A stretch of 64,000 nucleotides of DNA from Podarcis pityusensis. Lineage: Eukaryota. Positions 1-13,426 of this stretch are shown here, one piece after another. Within the stretch, counting starts at the first letter, position 1. Each line of letters opens with the position of its first letter. Where the stretch lies: assembly GCA_964106645.2 (NCBI GenBank), contig OZ067047.1. One strand, 5' to 3'. A program made the position numbers and the translations under genes. The notes beneath the pieces are model-generated. The model saw only the letters and a list, made by a program, of their open reading frames with translations, ran no database searches and was not told where the DNA came from.

Positions 1-881
1 CACCTGTATCTGCCATGTTCCCTTAGAGCTTCTATGATTATATCTTGTGCACAGCTCTATACTAGGCTTGCACATCTTCCCCACCCCACAAGAAAGTATG
101 GGAGGAAAACCCAATTGGAGGCTTTGAAGTAGCAATAGTGCTCCTGTGAACTGAGGCCAGGGTCTGAAGACCAAACGGCACCTATGCAAATCTGGCACCT
201 ATGCAAATGGAATGGGAGAGATTTGCTCTAGGTTGGCTGAGGAAGATGTAGCCTATAGAAAACATAAGTAGCTCTGCTGGCTCATTGCAAGGCAGGGGAG
301 ATGCTAAAGCCATGCTAGAATACTACATTTGTTAGGCCAAACCAATATGTCACAAAGACATGAGCAAGCTTTTGAGTTCCTCCAAACATCTTCAGACTGG
401 ATATTTAGAAAATTATTTGTTGGGTGAGTGTAGTAAAAAAAAAAAAGTTCTTGATGCTAAAGCCCCGAGTCTGCAGTTTGTAACAGTCTTTTAAGGTGGT
501 GTAATTGCATATTAGCCTCTGGTAAGTGTTTTGCAGATTACAGGTTGTACCAAGAACTGCTGGGATCAAGAAAAAATAATAGACATACCCCCATTTAAAC
601 AAAAATGAAATAAAGCGGTTAATCAATTTGTTCTCAGTCCTGGAAACAACTCTGTGACGTTTGGGTGGGTTCCTAATAAAGGTGTTACCTCACTGTGGTT
701 TTGGGGCAGAAATAGCTGGTAAGCCCACCGGGCAACAAGTGTCTGTGTTCACTAAATGAATGAATGGGGAGGGGGATTAATAGGTGAAGTAACCATCTGA
801 AGTGCATTTCACCTCCTTTTGCTTCTGCACACAGTCATTTCCTTGTTCTATATCTCCCTTTCAGTTCCTGCTCTCTCTTTT

Positions 882-1048
882 GGGGAAGGGCCATAGCCTA
901 GTGGTAGAGCAACTGCTTTGTATGCAGAAAGTTCCAAGTTCAATTCCTGGCATCTCCTTGTAGGGCTGGGAGAGATTCCCTATCTGAAAACATGGAGAAG
1001 CGCTGCTAGTAACAATACTGATCTAGACAAACCAACACAGCTTCCTAC
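882..1048 (+). mobile_element. tRNA-derived SINE (Squam3-like)
   Basis: A-box-like tagcctagtggtagagc and B-box-like gttcaattcc; homologous to copies at 16718, 25129, 31511, 50148. Confidence 0.75.
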
Positions 1049-3442
1049 CTTTTTCTCCCTTTTATTTCTGTCCCTTTCCTTGTCCTCCTCCATTTATGCT
1101 CCATTCAGCTGATCTCTCTCTGTGTGCATGTTCCTGTTTTTGCCAACTCTCCGCTCCCACTATCTTCCTCTTTCGGTCTCATTTCTCCCCTCATTAGCTA
1201 ACTGAATCCTTAGTCTATTTGGTTTAGTTTAATACAGCCTCTGGGGACAGCGCAGGCACTTCACCCACCGCTCAAATCAAATACATCCGTTTGCCAGTCT
1301 TTCCAGCTTAATTAAGAGACACACAAGCACAGCCCATTTCTACAGAGGTACAAGGGAATCCGGTGAGCCCTGTACGGATGGAGCTCAAGGAACCCTCTCA
1401 AGGGGCAGCAGGGGCAGGAACTCTCCTTTTAATCTGAAACTGTGCTAAAGAATAGATCAAAATAGAAAAGGCAAATGTCTGGGCACAAATGAGGCTCTCT
1501 GAACTGTCACAGAGGAATCAGCTACACATAATATTGAGCAGGGTTATAACCTAAAAGGCAGCTGTGCCAGACCTTAGATGTTTGTACTGACAACCTGCCG
1601 CTCAAAGCCTGCATGTACCGCTGCTGTTGTGTGGCAGTCTTGTCTTTTGTATAGCATCTTGTATAGCCAAAGTGATTCACTCTGTTGGGTGGAGCTGCAA
1701 CACCAGCTTTCTTTCAGTGGAGCTACTTCTGCTTTTAGGTTTGGGGAAGGAGGGTGAGGCAGCGAGGAGGTCAGTTGCATCACCAGAGCCAATCCAACCT
1801 TGTCCCTTCCAGTAAGCAGCTGATGGGAGGCCAGGTGTGCAATGGTACCCCCTCCCGCCTGCTGCTATTGATGTATGCAGTAGGAATGGCAGAGGATCCA
1901 GCTTTCAAGGCGCATACAAGGAAACTCAGATATTTGTGTTAGAATTGTGACAATTCCAGTGGTTATTCTGTTTGTAACAGGACATTTTCAGGCCTTGATG
2001 TTGTAAAGATTTTGTTTCAAAAATTGAAAACCTAAGGGGTTTCCAAAGAGGGGTTGCAATGTACAGGAATTATTAGAGTAGTGATTGCTGTAGCTGTTCT
2101 TATTTGGCAAGTGCTTCGGCACTCGGTGCAGCACAACAATTGAATTAAAAGAACAAATGCTACCCACAGGCTTACACTCTGAACTGTGAAGCCAGTAAAA
2201 TAATTTCCTAATCTATTGGTGTTATTTTTAATCTCTCAGGATTTTTCTTCCATTTTCCCCCAAGGGCTGATGCCACATTTTCACATCACATAGAGAACAC
2301 ATTGTCGTTTTGGCCTCAGCTAAGTTCATGAAAACAATTTGCAACTTATGTTAATTGCAGGCAATTAATTCATGCAAATTAGTTTTGTTCCTCCGCATGA
2401 AATATTCCCTCAGTAGCCGCACCCTGATGTCTGTAGAAAGTTAATAATGTGGCATTTTAAATCAACATTATACATTATAGCTTTGTAGAAAATAATTATA
2501 TTTCTGTGTTTACAACTGCAAAGAATCTGCATTATGAATGTCCAGTTGCTCATCAGAAGGCATGGTCACCTTTGCACAGCGTGGCCTCTTCTGCATAAAC
2601 TGCACCGAACTCGAGTGATCTGTATTTGTTGATGCACGTTGGTGTGCTTTGTGGACAGCACATCGTATCAAGATAGTGAGAGATGACCAACCCTTGCTCA
2701 GCATTCCTGACATAGGTGACAAGCCTAGCCCCATTCACCTGAAAGTAAACCCCACCAAATTCAATGGGACTTCTGTGTAGCTGTAGTTAGGATTGCCATG
2801 TAACATACTCTCTGGAATGTTGGTTGATCTGAAGTGCTTGTGAAATATGTGTTTCAGTGTAGTCAGAAGAGGGAGGAACTGGCAATGTAGTTGCAGACTG
2901 ATGGTCCTGTGGAGATCCTGTGATCTGCCTCAGTGAAGCTGGAGCTTTGCTGTGAGCAGTTCTGTGGACAGTGAAAGAGAGAGCAGAAGGTAGTGCATGT
3001 GGGCAGATGGAATACTATCTGAGTGGGTATAAAATGAGGGTGAGGTCAAAGGTCAGGAGGAAGTTGTCATCTCCATGTTTGACAAGTGAGGCAACCTGAT
3101 GTGAGCAGCAGGAAACAAACCTGACAGGGGTCTGTTTCCTATTACCAAGGCCTGTCAGGGAACTTGGCACCTGCTGCTTAGTGGGGGGCAAGTTAAATCC
3201 AGGATAAGAAAGACTGCTACCAGGTCCTGCATACAACAACTTTCTGTACATCCACACAGCTAAAAAGAGCCCCCTAGCTTCTTCTTAACAATAGATGAAC
3301 CTGTCAATATTGGTTTCTCTCAGTTTCTCATTTTTCCAATCTTGAATTCAGGTCTCACATTTCTGCATCAGTTTGCAGATTCCGCCCCCTCCCCCCGCCA
3401 AAACAGTCCTTCTGAGAATTCATCAGGATATTTTACCAAATA

Positions 3443-3928
3443 CAGGCACCCTCCCACTTACACATGATTGACTCGTGTGCAACCACATATATGTGTGACG
3501 CCAGGAAAATAAATAAGTAATTTTTTTTCAAATCCAGAAATGGTGGGAGAGGGTTGGAGAGTCCTCATAGCTCACAAGGAGACCCTCCCCAGAGCCCAAA
3601 GAGGACATCAGTGAGGGCAGAGGAAGACCCAAAGAGACCTGAGGTGCAGTGAGGCTTTGTTTTGGCTGCTCAGCCTCCCTGCCTAACAGCTGACATGCGG
3701 GGTAGCACAGCAGCAGCAGCAGCAACTTTCTTGCTCATTCTTCAGGCAGCCCCATAGCTTCAACTACAGATATTTTGGTCTGGATTGGGGAGAGAGTGGG
3801 AGAGAGAGCTGGAGAGCGGGGGGGGGGGGATGGGTGTTTGGAGGCCTTTTATATGGTGCTCCCCAGTTTTCGTGATTTCAGTTACGCGTGCAGGGGCCTA
3901 GAACATAACCCCCTGTGTAAGTGGGCTG
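3443..3928. mobile_element. Tc1/mariner-type MITE nested in an older dispersed repeat (~3290-4218)
   Basis: TA|CAG..cccacttacac and gtgtaagtggg..CTG|TA termini; the host repeat resembles 20260-20675, 33590-33890, 35530-35700. Confidence 0.55.
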
Positions 3929-5065
3929 TATACAAATGTTTGAATACTCAGAAACACAGTTTTGCAAAGAAGTTTTTGGTAATGGATTTTTGGCGTATTA
4001 TTTTCACTATGTTATGTTATGCACACTTTATCATTAATTTGCCCTAGTATATGCATTTTTGTATAAATTACTTAGCTGGAGAACTGCATTGCAAAATTCA
4101 GAGGAATGCAAATTTCAAAGGATGGTTGTGATTTGGTTCACATATTGTTTCAGAAATTGTGAATTAGGTAGTTTGACCCTTAAATGTGATGTGAATCAAA
4201 TTTCTCCTCCATCCTTAGTTTCTTTTTTCTTTTTAGTTTTAAAAACAAAACAAAACAAAACTATACGCAACAATGATCAAAGGGCAATCCCAACCATCAT
4301 TAGTTTCATTGCTTTTCTGTGAAAGCTGGACGGGATAGCAGTTGAGTGTGGAAAATACCATTCTCCTTCCCCCCTCTTTTTTTTTGCAATATGTATGATG
4401 ATAACCCACATTTGCTGACTAACCTGCCCACAGTCTTGCTTTCTGTTTATGGAATATTCCTAGCACAGAATTGGCTGTGAATCAGACAGTGTGGGCATAG
4501 CCTTTTAAGAGGGCCCTGGTTGATTAGAACCTCCGCTTTGTATAATAAGCACTAATGTAGCCACCTCATTCTTAAAAATAATGATGCCCAGCTCAGAGGA
4601 GGCCTGTATAAAAACATAAATCATTTTTTAAAAAGAAAGCTCTGACATAAAAGAAAAATTAAAGAAGCTGAGTAGTTATCACTTTGATTGGCAACGACTA
4701 AGGGCAAAGAACAATCAGTATAATCATCTACTAGTATTCAAATATTATAAACACATGACTTATATGATGGAGAGGTTATCCAGGAGCCATGTAGCTAAAG
4801 GGAGATTTTGGCGTGAGTTACTTCATTTAAATTTTACATAAGCTTGAGTTAATGTACTGTTTAGGACTATTTATAGAATAACCATCAGAACATAACAACA
4901 GTATGTGCTAAGACCTCTGGAAAGGGTTTAATTTGAGCCAGTATTGCCAAAGCTTAACTTCAGAACATTTTTAAAATCAGTGCCGTGACTCAGCCCTGGA
5001 AAGTATGAAGTAATAATAAAGATGAGCTAGTGTAGTGTAGATATGACTTTACTCTCTTTTTAGGT

Positions 5066-5203
5066 CAGATGTGAGGAACTTGTGGCCTTCCGTATGTTGT
5101 TGGACTCCAACTCCCATCATCCCTGACCACTGGTCATGCTTGCTGCGGTTGATGGGAGTCAGAGTCTAACAGCTTCTGCAGAACCGCAAGTTCTCCACTC
5201 CTG
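5066..5203. mobile_element. Short hAT-like MITE (related copy ~49240-49360)
   Basis: CAG...CTG ends, internal inverted repeat ctcccatca/tgatgggag. Confidence 0.6.
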
Positions 5204-5408
5204 TCTTATATCAACCTGCCCCATCACAATAGCCAAAAGAAAGTACTTCTTTATACAACACATAATAGGTTTGTCAACCTCCTTGTCACTGGGAATAGTG
5301 ATGGCCACTTTCTTTAGGACAAATTTATGGAGCACAGGTCTATCAATGAATTAACTTCATAACAGCTAAGTATGCCTCTGAATATTGCTTACATTTTATG
5401 CCTGCCAT

Positions 5409-5898
5409 TGTACATGGTTCGCCTCCTGCCCGTTTCTAATCTCACAGCAACCTTGTGGGATTGTGTAGTAAGAATAGGGGTTGCTCGTGCGTAAGTTGCC
5501 GTCACTCCTGGCTAGGTTGCCTAGTTAAACCTTTCCTGTCCGGACAGCCCTTCACTTCATGGCTGTCTCAGTCGCTAGCAGAATCCGTCAGTGGGCGTCT
5601 CTTAAACCTTTTCCAGCATAAAAGCTGTTTGACGCCAAGTCTCCTCCTACTCTCCCTGCGCGGAAGTCTTCTGCGCAGGGAGGGTGTGGGTAGCGGAGGA
5701 CCCGTGCTCTCCCCGCCAGTCTCCGGCGAGGAGTCCTGGAGCCCCCTCGCCGATTCCCCCATCTGCCCCCCTTTATCCCTGGTGTTACGCTGATTTCCTT
5801 CCCCAGCTGATGAGCTGCCTCTCTCCCTGCTGGGCCCTTCTCCAGCATCACTTGGGAGCCTAGCCTCCGCCTCTGGCTCCAGTGTCAGTTCCCTGACA
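5409..5898 (-). mobile_element. Solo-LTR-like element
   Basis: TGT...TGACA termini; GC/CpG-rich block in an AT-rich intron; TSD not clean. Confidence 0.5.
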
Positions 5899-8082
5899 GA
5901 TTGGTTAGGCTGACAGCTGGCTCAAGATCCAAAGTGAGTCAGTTCCACTGAACTCAGTTGAGCTAGCCCCTGATTGCACTGTAAGTGAGGTCTGTGGTTG
6001 AGCGGGAAAACTGAATCTCCCTCACCACCGCTTGTTCCCTTCCCTCATAGAAACCTTGTGAGATACTTTGGTCCAACAGCTGGTGTGAAACCGCCAAGTT
6101 TGTGCTGACCATCATTCCTCCCACTCCTGCAACTTTGTTAAACACCCCCAACAAGGCGTCTAGTTTGGGCTTCATATATCATCCTCATCGTTGTTTGTTT
6201 TGTATGCCAGAGTTCTTTGAGGGAAGTCATGTGCTTTAGTTGTATTGCATGTCTGCAGCCTCCCCTGCCTTCATTATTTTCCCATCCTAATAATTTGCTT
6301 CTGGCTTCCTCTTTGCTTTGCTTTTTCATTGTGTCTCTGGCTCTCTGTGTTCTGTTTTGTATTTTCCCTTCCACTCAGGAATGTGGAATTGTTAGAAGTT
6401 TTGCCTTTCCCCAGCTGTTCCTCTCCTGTCTCCCTCTCCTACGCTCTTCCTTTCTTACCCAACTCCCTAGGTGGAACCATTCCCTGGGGTGAGTGATGGC
6501 CCATTAGAAAAAGATTAGCAGATGTGCACTTGACTAGTGAAACAGATGTCAGGGAGGAAAGGAGAGTGAGCGGGAACAGGTGACCTTTTCGGTAAGAGAC
6601 AGACAAGGATGACTTTTAAAGCCTCACGAAGGCACAGAAGGCGTGAGAGAGAGAACACGTCAGCAGGAGCAAGGAAGACAATTCACCATTATATCATGAT
6701 GCTACATTACATTTCTCATTATCACTGACATAATCTGTTCAGTTTGGGCTGGAATTGGTATTTTTGCTTTTTCAGGTTTCTGCCAAAGACTCTTCGGGCA
6801 GATTTGCTTGTGCAGCTCTGAGCTTATTTTCATCACCATTGTGCTTGCCCCCCATACAGACAAGCGCACATCTAAATAGGACAGGCCTGGTATCTCAAAA
6901 TGCCTTGCCAAAAATAGGGGTATCTTTAATCCACTTGGATGTGCGCTCGTCTCTGCGGTGGGGAGCTTCATGGAAATGAGCATTAGACTACAAATAGAAG
7001 TTTCCCCCTATAACCTTTCTGCAGAATACATTTTCAGCAAAGTAAATATGCACTTGTTAATGTTACATATTTGTCTTATGCAAGCCACACGTCTCCCCTC
7101 AATACCCCTTCTGTGGCGTGGAGACTGCATTTCCCACACTTTGTCTGTGTGCTATATTTTGTGCTTGCAATAAGTTCCCCATACAGAGCCTCCATTGCAA
7201 TTTCTATTTGGGAGACTTGTCGGAGTGGTTCTGTGCGATATCTTTGACATTTTTAGTGTCATTGCTTGAACATTTGGGTGTGTTTATTGAGTGACTGTAT
7301 GCAGGAATTCCACCATGTGCAACTCTAGTACCATGTGCAGGAATTAATGAAGTGGATGGATATTAGGAAAGCTGCTCCTCACCTCTCTCCCCCACTGCCC
7401 TGCCATGTCAAAAACCACTACTTTTTGTGAAACAAGGTGAGGTCTTTAGTTTCACTCTCCCACTCACTCAGCATTTTATTTGTTTGTGAGATACTCCATT
7501 TGAACATTGAGATTAGAATGAAATATGCTAGTCATATTCAGGGCACAATTCTGTGCCTCAGGTTTCACATCTCTCATCTATTTTAGATGAAGGGGGAGGA
7601 AAATGCAAGCCCCATAGACCTCTCCTCAGAAAGGCAAGGAAAAATGTAAAACACACCACAATGCGATTTAGAAATTAAAGCATTCACAGTGAGGCAGGTT
7701 ATGTCTATTTTTACAAAACAAGTTTCTGTCCTGCTCAATCCTCACTCATATTTTCTTCTAGCGTCTCCTCCCCCCAACTCAACATTTTCAGAAGTGGGTA
7801 GTGGTAGTAAAATGCAAAATATATTCTAATGTGATATCTGCCTTGGAGAGTGATAGGTTGAAATTACAGTTGGCATTCCTTCATGTCCAGGATAAACATA
7901 CAAATTTTAGGACAGCATCCTATTTTCAACCTGCCTCAGAACACATATTGCAAAAAGCTGCTATCTTCCACACCAGCTTGCGGGAGTTTTACACAGAGGC
8001 TTATTGAATGATCCAAAATGTTCTTGTTCTGCCTGATTCTTCAGCTCAGGAAATGAAAAGTAGATGATGATGATGATGATGA

Positions 8083-8518
8083 TGATAATTTATTTATACC
8101 CCGCCCATCTGGCAGTTTCCCCAGCCACTCTGGGTTGCTCCCATTCGAATATTAAAAACAATACAGCATTAAACATTAAAAATTTCCCTAAACAGGGCTG
8201 CCTTCAGATGTCTTTTAAAAGTAGGATAGTTGCTTATTTCCTTGAAATCTGATGGGAGGGTGTTCCACAGGGCAGGCGCCACTACCGAGAAGGCCCTCTT
8301 CCTGGTTCCCTGTAACCTCACTTCTCGCAGTGAGGGAACTGCCAGAAGGCCCTCGGTGCTGAACCTCAGTGTCCAGGCTGAACAATTGGGGTGAAGATGC
8401 TCCTTCAGGTATACAGGACTGCAGCCGTTTAGGGCTTTAAAGGTCAGCACCAACACTTTGAATTGTGCTTGGAAACATACTGGGAGCCAATGCAGATCTC
8501 GGGACCGGTGTTATATGG
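8083..8518 (-). mobile_element. L2 LINE 3' fragment with (GAT)n tail
   Basis: Minus strand encodes L2 C-terminus (LHWLP, LVLTFKALNG, AFSVVAPALWNTLP, FKRHLK). Confidence 0.85.
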
Positions 8519-9867
8519 TAGAGATGGTAAAAGTAGAGATAAATAAGGGGAGGGATTTCCACTTCCTTCTGAAATTACCGTCTGTCTTTTCTTCACCCTA
8601 CAATATAGGTTTTTAAGTTATGAGGGAAGACCCTTAGAAGTTAATCCTATGCAGATTGACTCCAAAGTAAATTCTGCTTCCCTGGGGCTTACTACAGTGT
8701 GCATAGTCTTATCCTACAAACACTTACTCTTCCTTCTGTGTGAAGATGCACAAGATGACTCTGTTAGTTTTTACGTTCCATCTTTTGCCTTTTTGCATTT
8801 GCATTATTAGTCAAACATAATTATGGGTGGAAATAGAGGCCTTGTTTCTCCCATTCTGTCTTTACTTTTTTCACTTAGGGAAACTGGCAGCTTTAATAAA
8901 GAATCATCTGGCATGGGAAAGGTGTGCAGTTGTTGTTGTTTCCCCCTTCTCATTGTGTTGAAATTAGCGTGAAGTCACTGATCCCGAGAAAGTGTGGGGA
9001 TGAATTAGTAGGCTGTGGAGAGAGAAGGGTTTTGCTTTTTCAGAATACAGGAGGGAGGGGATTTTTTTGGACAGCAGTTGTCAAAACCACTTGGTGCGAG
9101 TGAACAGATGATTATGTGGGACAAAGCGCTCAGGAACTGGAATGGGAACTCAGGAGAAAGCATCGGAGGGCAGGTGGTTGAAGTCTATTCATTCGATCAC
9201 TTATTTGTGGCTCGCACACATATACACACGCATATGAACGAAGCAGAACTGTATTTTTCTGGCTTAGTGAGTGGATGTTATTTGCAAGTTCCAAGAAGAC
9301 CACAAAGGACCCGCGTGAAACCCTGATACCGCATGCATCCAAGGCTGAATCATTTGATTCAAGCCTTTTTCTCACCACAAACATCCCAGGGAGTAGTAGC
9401 ATCATGCCACCAGTTTTCTTGACATGCTTGTTCTGTATGCAACATATACAAGATAGAAGTGACATGATTGGCTGCGTACTCTATTTATGGAATTGTGTTA
9501 TAGCCTAAGTGTGTACTTGAGCGCAAAGCATAACAAGCTCCTCTTCAATAAAATACATTCCAAGATATCTACATATTCCATTGGGTAATTAATGAGACAG
9601 CAGCCAAGAGAGAGAGAGAGTTATGAGAGAAGATTAGCAGAACAAGTCCTAGCAAGCTGCTACTAGAAGAACAGGGGTATAAAAAGGGACTGGGGGTGGG
9701 AAGCTGAAAACACCAAGAAAAGAAGAAAGGAAGGATAGAGGAAAGTTTTGTTTGAAAATATGCATTATTGCAAATGGAGAGGAAGTCTCAAAATAACTGG
9801 GGTGAGTGTTATTTTTCGTTTCCAAAAATTGTTTGATTGATTAATTGACTTTTGCATTAAGGGAAAT

Positions 9868-9870
<3 letters not shown>

Positions 9871-9906
<36 letters not shown>

Positions 9907-10257
9907 TTATTTATACCCCGCCTATTTGGCTGGGTTTCCCCAGCCACTCTGGGCGGCTTCCAACAAAATATTAAAATACAATAGTCCTTCAGATATTAAA
10001 AGCTTCCCTAAACAGGGCTGCCTTCAGATGTCTTCTAAAAGCCTGGTAGTTGTTTTTTCCTTTGACATCTGGTGGGAGGGCATTCCACAGGGTGGGCGCC
10101 ACTACTGAGAGGGCCCTCTGCCTGGTTCCCTGTAATTTCACTTCTCGCAGGGAGGGAACTGCCAGAAGGCCCTCAGCGCTGGACCTCAGTGTCCGGGCAG
10201 AATGATGGGGGTGGAGACGCTCCTTCAGGTATACTGGACCAAGGGCATTTAGGGTTT
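9871..10257 (-). mobile_element. L2 LINE 3' fragment with (AAT)n tail
   Basis: Highly similar to 8083-8518. Confidence 0.85.
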
Positions 10258-11380
10258 AATACAAAACAATTTTTAAAAGAAATGTGCTAATTCATTTTAG
10301 AAAACAGCTCTAGTATACTATCATAGTCTGATGCTAGTGCTCCAACACATGCCATGGATGGTGGAAGTGATAAGCATACCTTGTTGATGGTTTTTTAAAA
10401 AAATAAGAAAAATAGAAAAGCAAGAGATTGAAATAGTTTGTGCCAATTAAGCAGATGAAAAATATATATCCAATGATCATAAAGAACAACAAAGTTTGAT
10501 GCAAAACAAAATTATTTGTAGAAAGACCACAAAAATGAAATTGTGTGCTTCTGTTGTCTGAATACAACCAAGTCTATAATAGAGCTGTGTCTGGCAATCC
10601 AGCAGTGAATTCACTTTAAATTTTTATAGTCTAAGATCAACATTAGTAACATAGTAGTGTAATTCTATATGAGGCAGAAGAGGGCACTAGTACTATTAAG
10701 TCCCAAATATGCATACATTAAAATGAGAACATGGAACTTGCAGAAATAACTTACACCTTTCTCAGTACTGAGATGCAAATTTTACAGATAAGGTTTTTCA
10801 ACATGCGTATAACGGCCTCAGTGCAAATGCCCTGAGGATCTTCAAAACAATTTCGAGTTCCCAGTTGGTATGCTGGTCCATAATCTGTATCACGTATCCT
10901 TATTCGTAAGGAACCAGCATTCAGTACAATATACATGGTATATTGTAAATCTCTATGGAACATCACAGTAATCCTCAATCTTCTTTGGAACACCAAATTG
11001 GCACATTAAGCTTCCTGCAATCTCATTTCTTCATTTCATAGGGTGAAGCTGTTCTTCACCCTAAAACAGCTACAATTTAAAAAACAGCAACAGCCTGCAG
11101 TCCTGGAGACAGAACCAAAACAGAACATAAAGGAGTTAAGGTAAAAACTCGGGGATAACAAGTGAAACATCGTGAAATATTGGGACATCACTGGGAGATG
11201 GTGGTTTTACAGACAGACATTTAACATGCAATTTTAAAAAAAAATAAAAAATGGAAAAGTTGCAAGAGTCTCTTCTCTACCCAGAGGCCCCATTTATTGT
11301 ACACTAGGCAGAACAGTATGTGATAGAAAGTTTCCTAAATGGCTTCTGATTTTATTTTATTTTATTTACTTCTCCTGCAG

Positions 11381-11532
11381 CCAGAAGAGCTGACTAATAT
11401 TTTGGAAATCTGCAATGTTGTGTTTACCAGCATGTTTGCCCTAGAGATGATCTTGAAACTTGCTGCCTTTGGCCTCTTTGATTATCTTCGCAATCCTTAC
11501 AACATCTATGACAGCATCATCGTCATCATCAG
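11381..11532 (+). CDS. CACNA1I: Exon ~11, DII S2-S3 (PEELTNILE...[11 protein letters not shown])
   Basis: ctgcag|CCA ... AG|gtaagg, 152 nt. Confidence 0.96.
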
Positions 11533-12769
11533 GTAAGGATAATCAAAGCCATGCATCAATGTATGAGACGTAGTGTAAGAAAGATGGGTGAGGGTCAGTT
11601 TGGGGGCTGCCCAAGAAGTAAATGAAACTCATTCCAAGCAGTGTTTGGAGCAATGTTTTGTTGGGACAGCACATCTCAAGCCATTCTAGACTTTGGTGAT
11701 GCTACTACTTTATATTAAACATTTTAATCAATAAAATGTGAGAGTCACTCAAAAAGGTAGTGCACAGGACCCAGAAACTTGCCATTCTGGATTCTATTCT
11801 CGGCCTTTCCAGCAGTTTTCCTTTGGATTCAGGACAATTCCTATTAACTTTGTAACTGTGATCCATTTTGCTATATATAAAACCAAGAGCATCATGGTTC
11901 TGCCTGCATAAATCCATTAAACATGGTGGGGGGGGTAGTATTCAACTGTGTCCTACTCAGAAGAGACCCACTGAAACTAATGAACCGAAGTTATTCAGGT
12001 CCATTAACTTCAATGGACATTCCCTGAGTAGGACTGGTGTTGAATACCACCCACTGTCCAATCTTATAGCTCCACATGCATCCTTATAACTGCAGGAGAA
12101 CCTTATGCCTAGATTCACCATTCACTGCAACTGTCCATCAGTTTCTAAACACCCACCCTGTTCAGAGTACCATTTATACAGGAACAGAGGAAGCTGCCTT
12201 CTATCAGGTTCATTTAGCTCAGATGAATCTACTCTGACTTGTGACAACTCTACAGGGGCACAAGGCTTTGCTTCCTCACATCTAGAGGAAATTATCCAGG
12301 AAGTTCCTGACTCTAGTTTTAAGAATCCTGGTGCTATAGCATCTGCTTCAGTCAGCTCCTCCCTGCCAGTTTCCAGTTTGGTGGTCCCCTGATCACCAGC
12401 TTCAGACTCAGACCCAGGAATCTTCTCTGGCTCCCTCACTGCTGGACTCTGGGGTCAAAACAGGCCCTTCATCATGCAGGTGGGCAGCTGCAGCTTCCTA
12501 CTTCAGTCTTAGCACTCTAAAAGCTGCTCGCTCTGCAAGAGGTTTTGGCAGCAGGGAGAGAGATTGGCCATCAGGACCTCCCTACTTCCTACTTGCCAGG
12601 GTGCAGTGCACCTGAGAAGAGGGGAGCTTGGTAGTGGTAGCCAGAAGATATTATTCAACTAGGTTTTACTCAGTGTAGACCTGCTGAAATTTATGAACAG
12701 GACTAAGAAAAGGAAAGGAAAGAGCCCCTGCTTTCACCCTTGAGCAAAGCACCCCCAAAACCATTTACG

Positions 12770-12770
<1 letters not shown>

Positions 12771-12809
<39 letters not shown>
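12771..12809. repeat. (GT)n microsatellite
   Basis: Read directly. Confidence 0.95.
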
Positions 12810-12812
<3 letters not shown>

Positions 12813-13426
12813 GAATTATGGCTCCATTGAAGATTACCAAAACAGTTGCCACCTGCAAACATGGGGGGGGGGGGGCAGGGCAGTGAACTGGGGCTGCCGT
12901 TTTGGCTAAGCTGTAGTTTTCACTCTTTGTTTCTTCCCTTCTGGTTCTTGAGGCTGGAAACAAGCTTTCGCTTCTGTGGAGCATCATAACATCTTTGTAT
13001 AAAATGCTTTCAGGAGAGATCCTGAAGGAACCTGGAAGGAACCTGTTGAAATTGACTAAGGGAAGGATATAAGGGGAACATTAACTCCAAAGAACAAAGA
13101 ATAACTCAGGAGTTATAAGCAAGTGTATTTTGTTCTCACCAAATTAATTCAGACAAACTTTGTATTTCTTACACATAGGGATATTTGGTTCATAGACACC
13201 AGTGCAATTGACAACAGAAATTATCTCCCTCCTTCCCGCTCTCTGGCAAACACAGTCTACCTGGATCTCAGTTAAAGATCACTCAAATAAAAGTTGCTTC
13301 TATTTATAATATTCACACTGTCATTCATCATCCTTTGGGATTCCTTTCTATTACTTTTCTCAAGGTCTCACTCTGGCCCTCCCTCCCCCTCCCTTGTCTC
13401 TTGTTGCTTTTGTCCCTGTTTTGTAG

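Noticed and set aside
882-955. tRNA gene
   Set aside because: Degenerate boxes, no cloverleaf, and it continues into a SINE body found five times in the window
3120-3159. 9-bp inverted repeat cctgacagg/cctgtcagg
   Set aside because: Likely abutting ends of degraded LTR-like elements; boundaries not definable
1-11380. Upstream CACNA1I exon 10 or a nested gene
   Set aside because: No DII S1 peptide or convincing exon chain found; treated as intron
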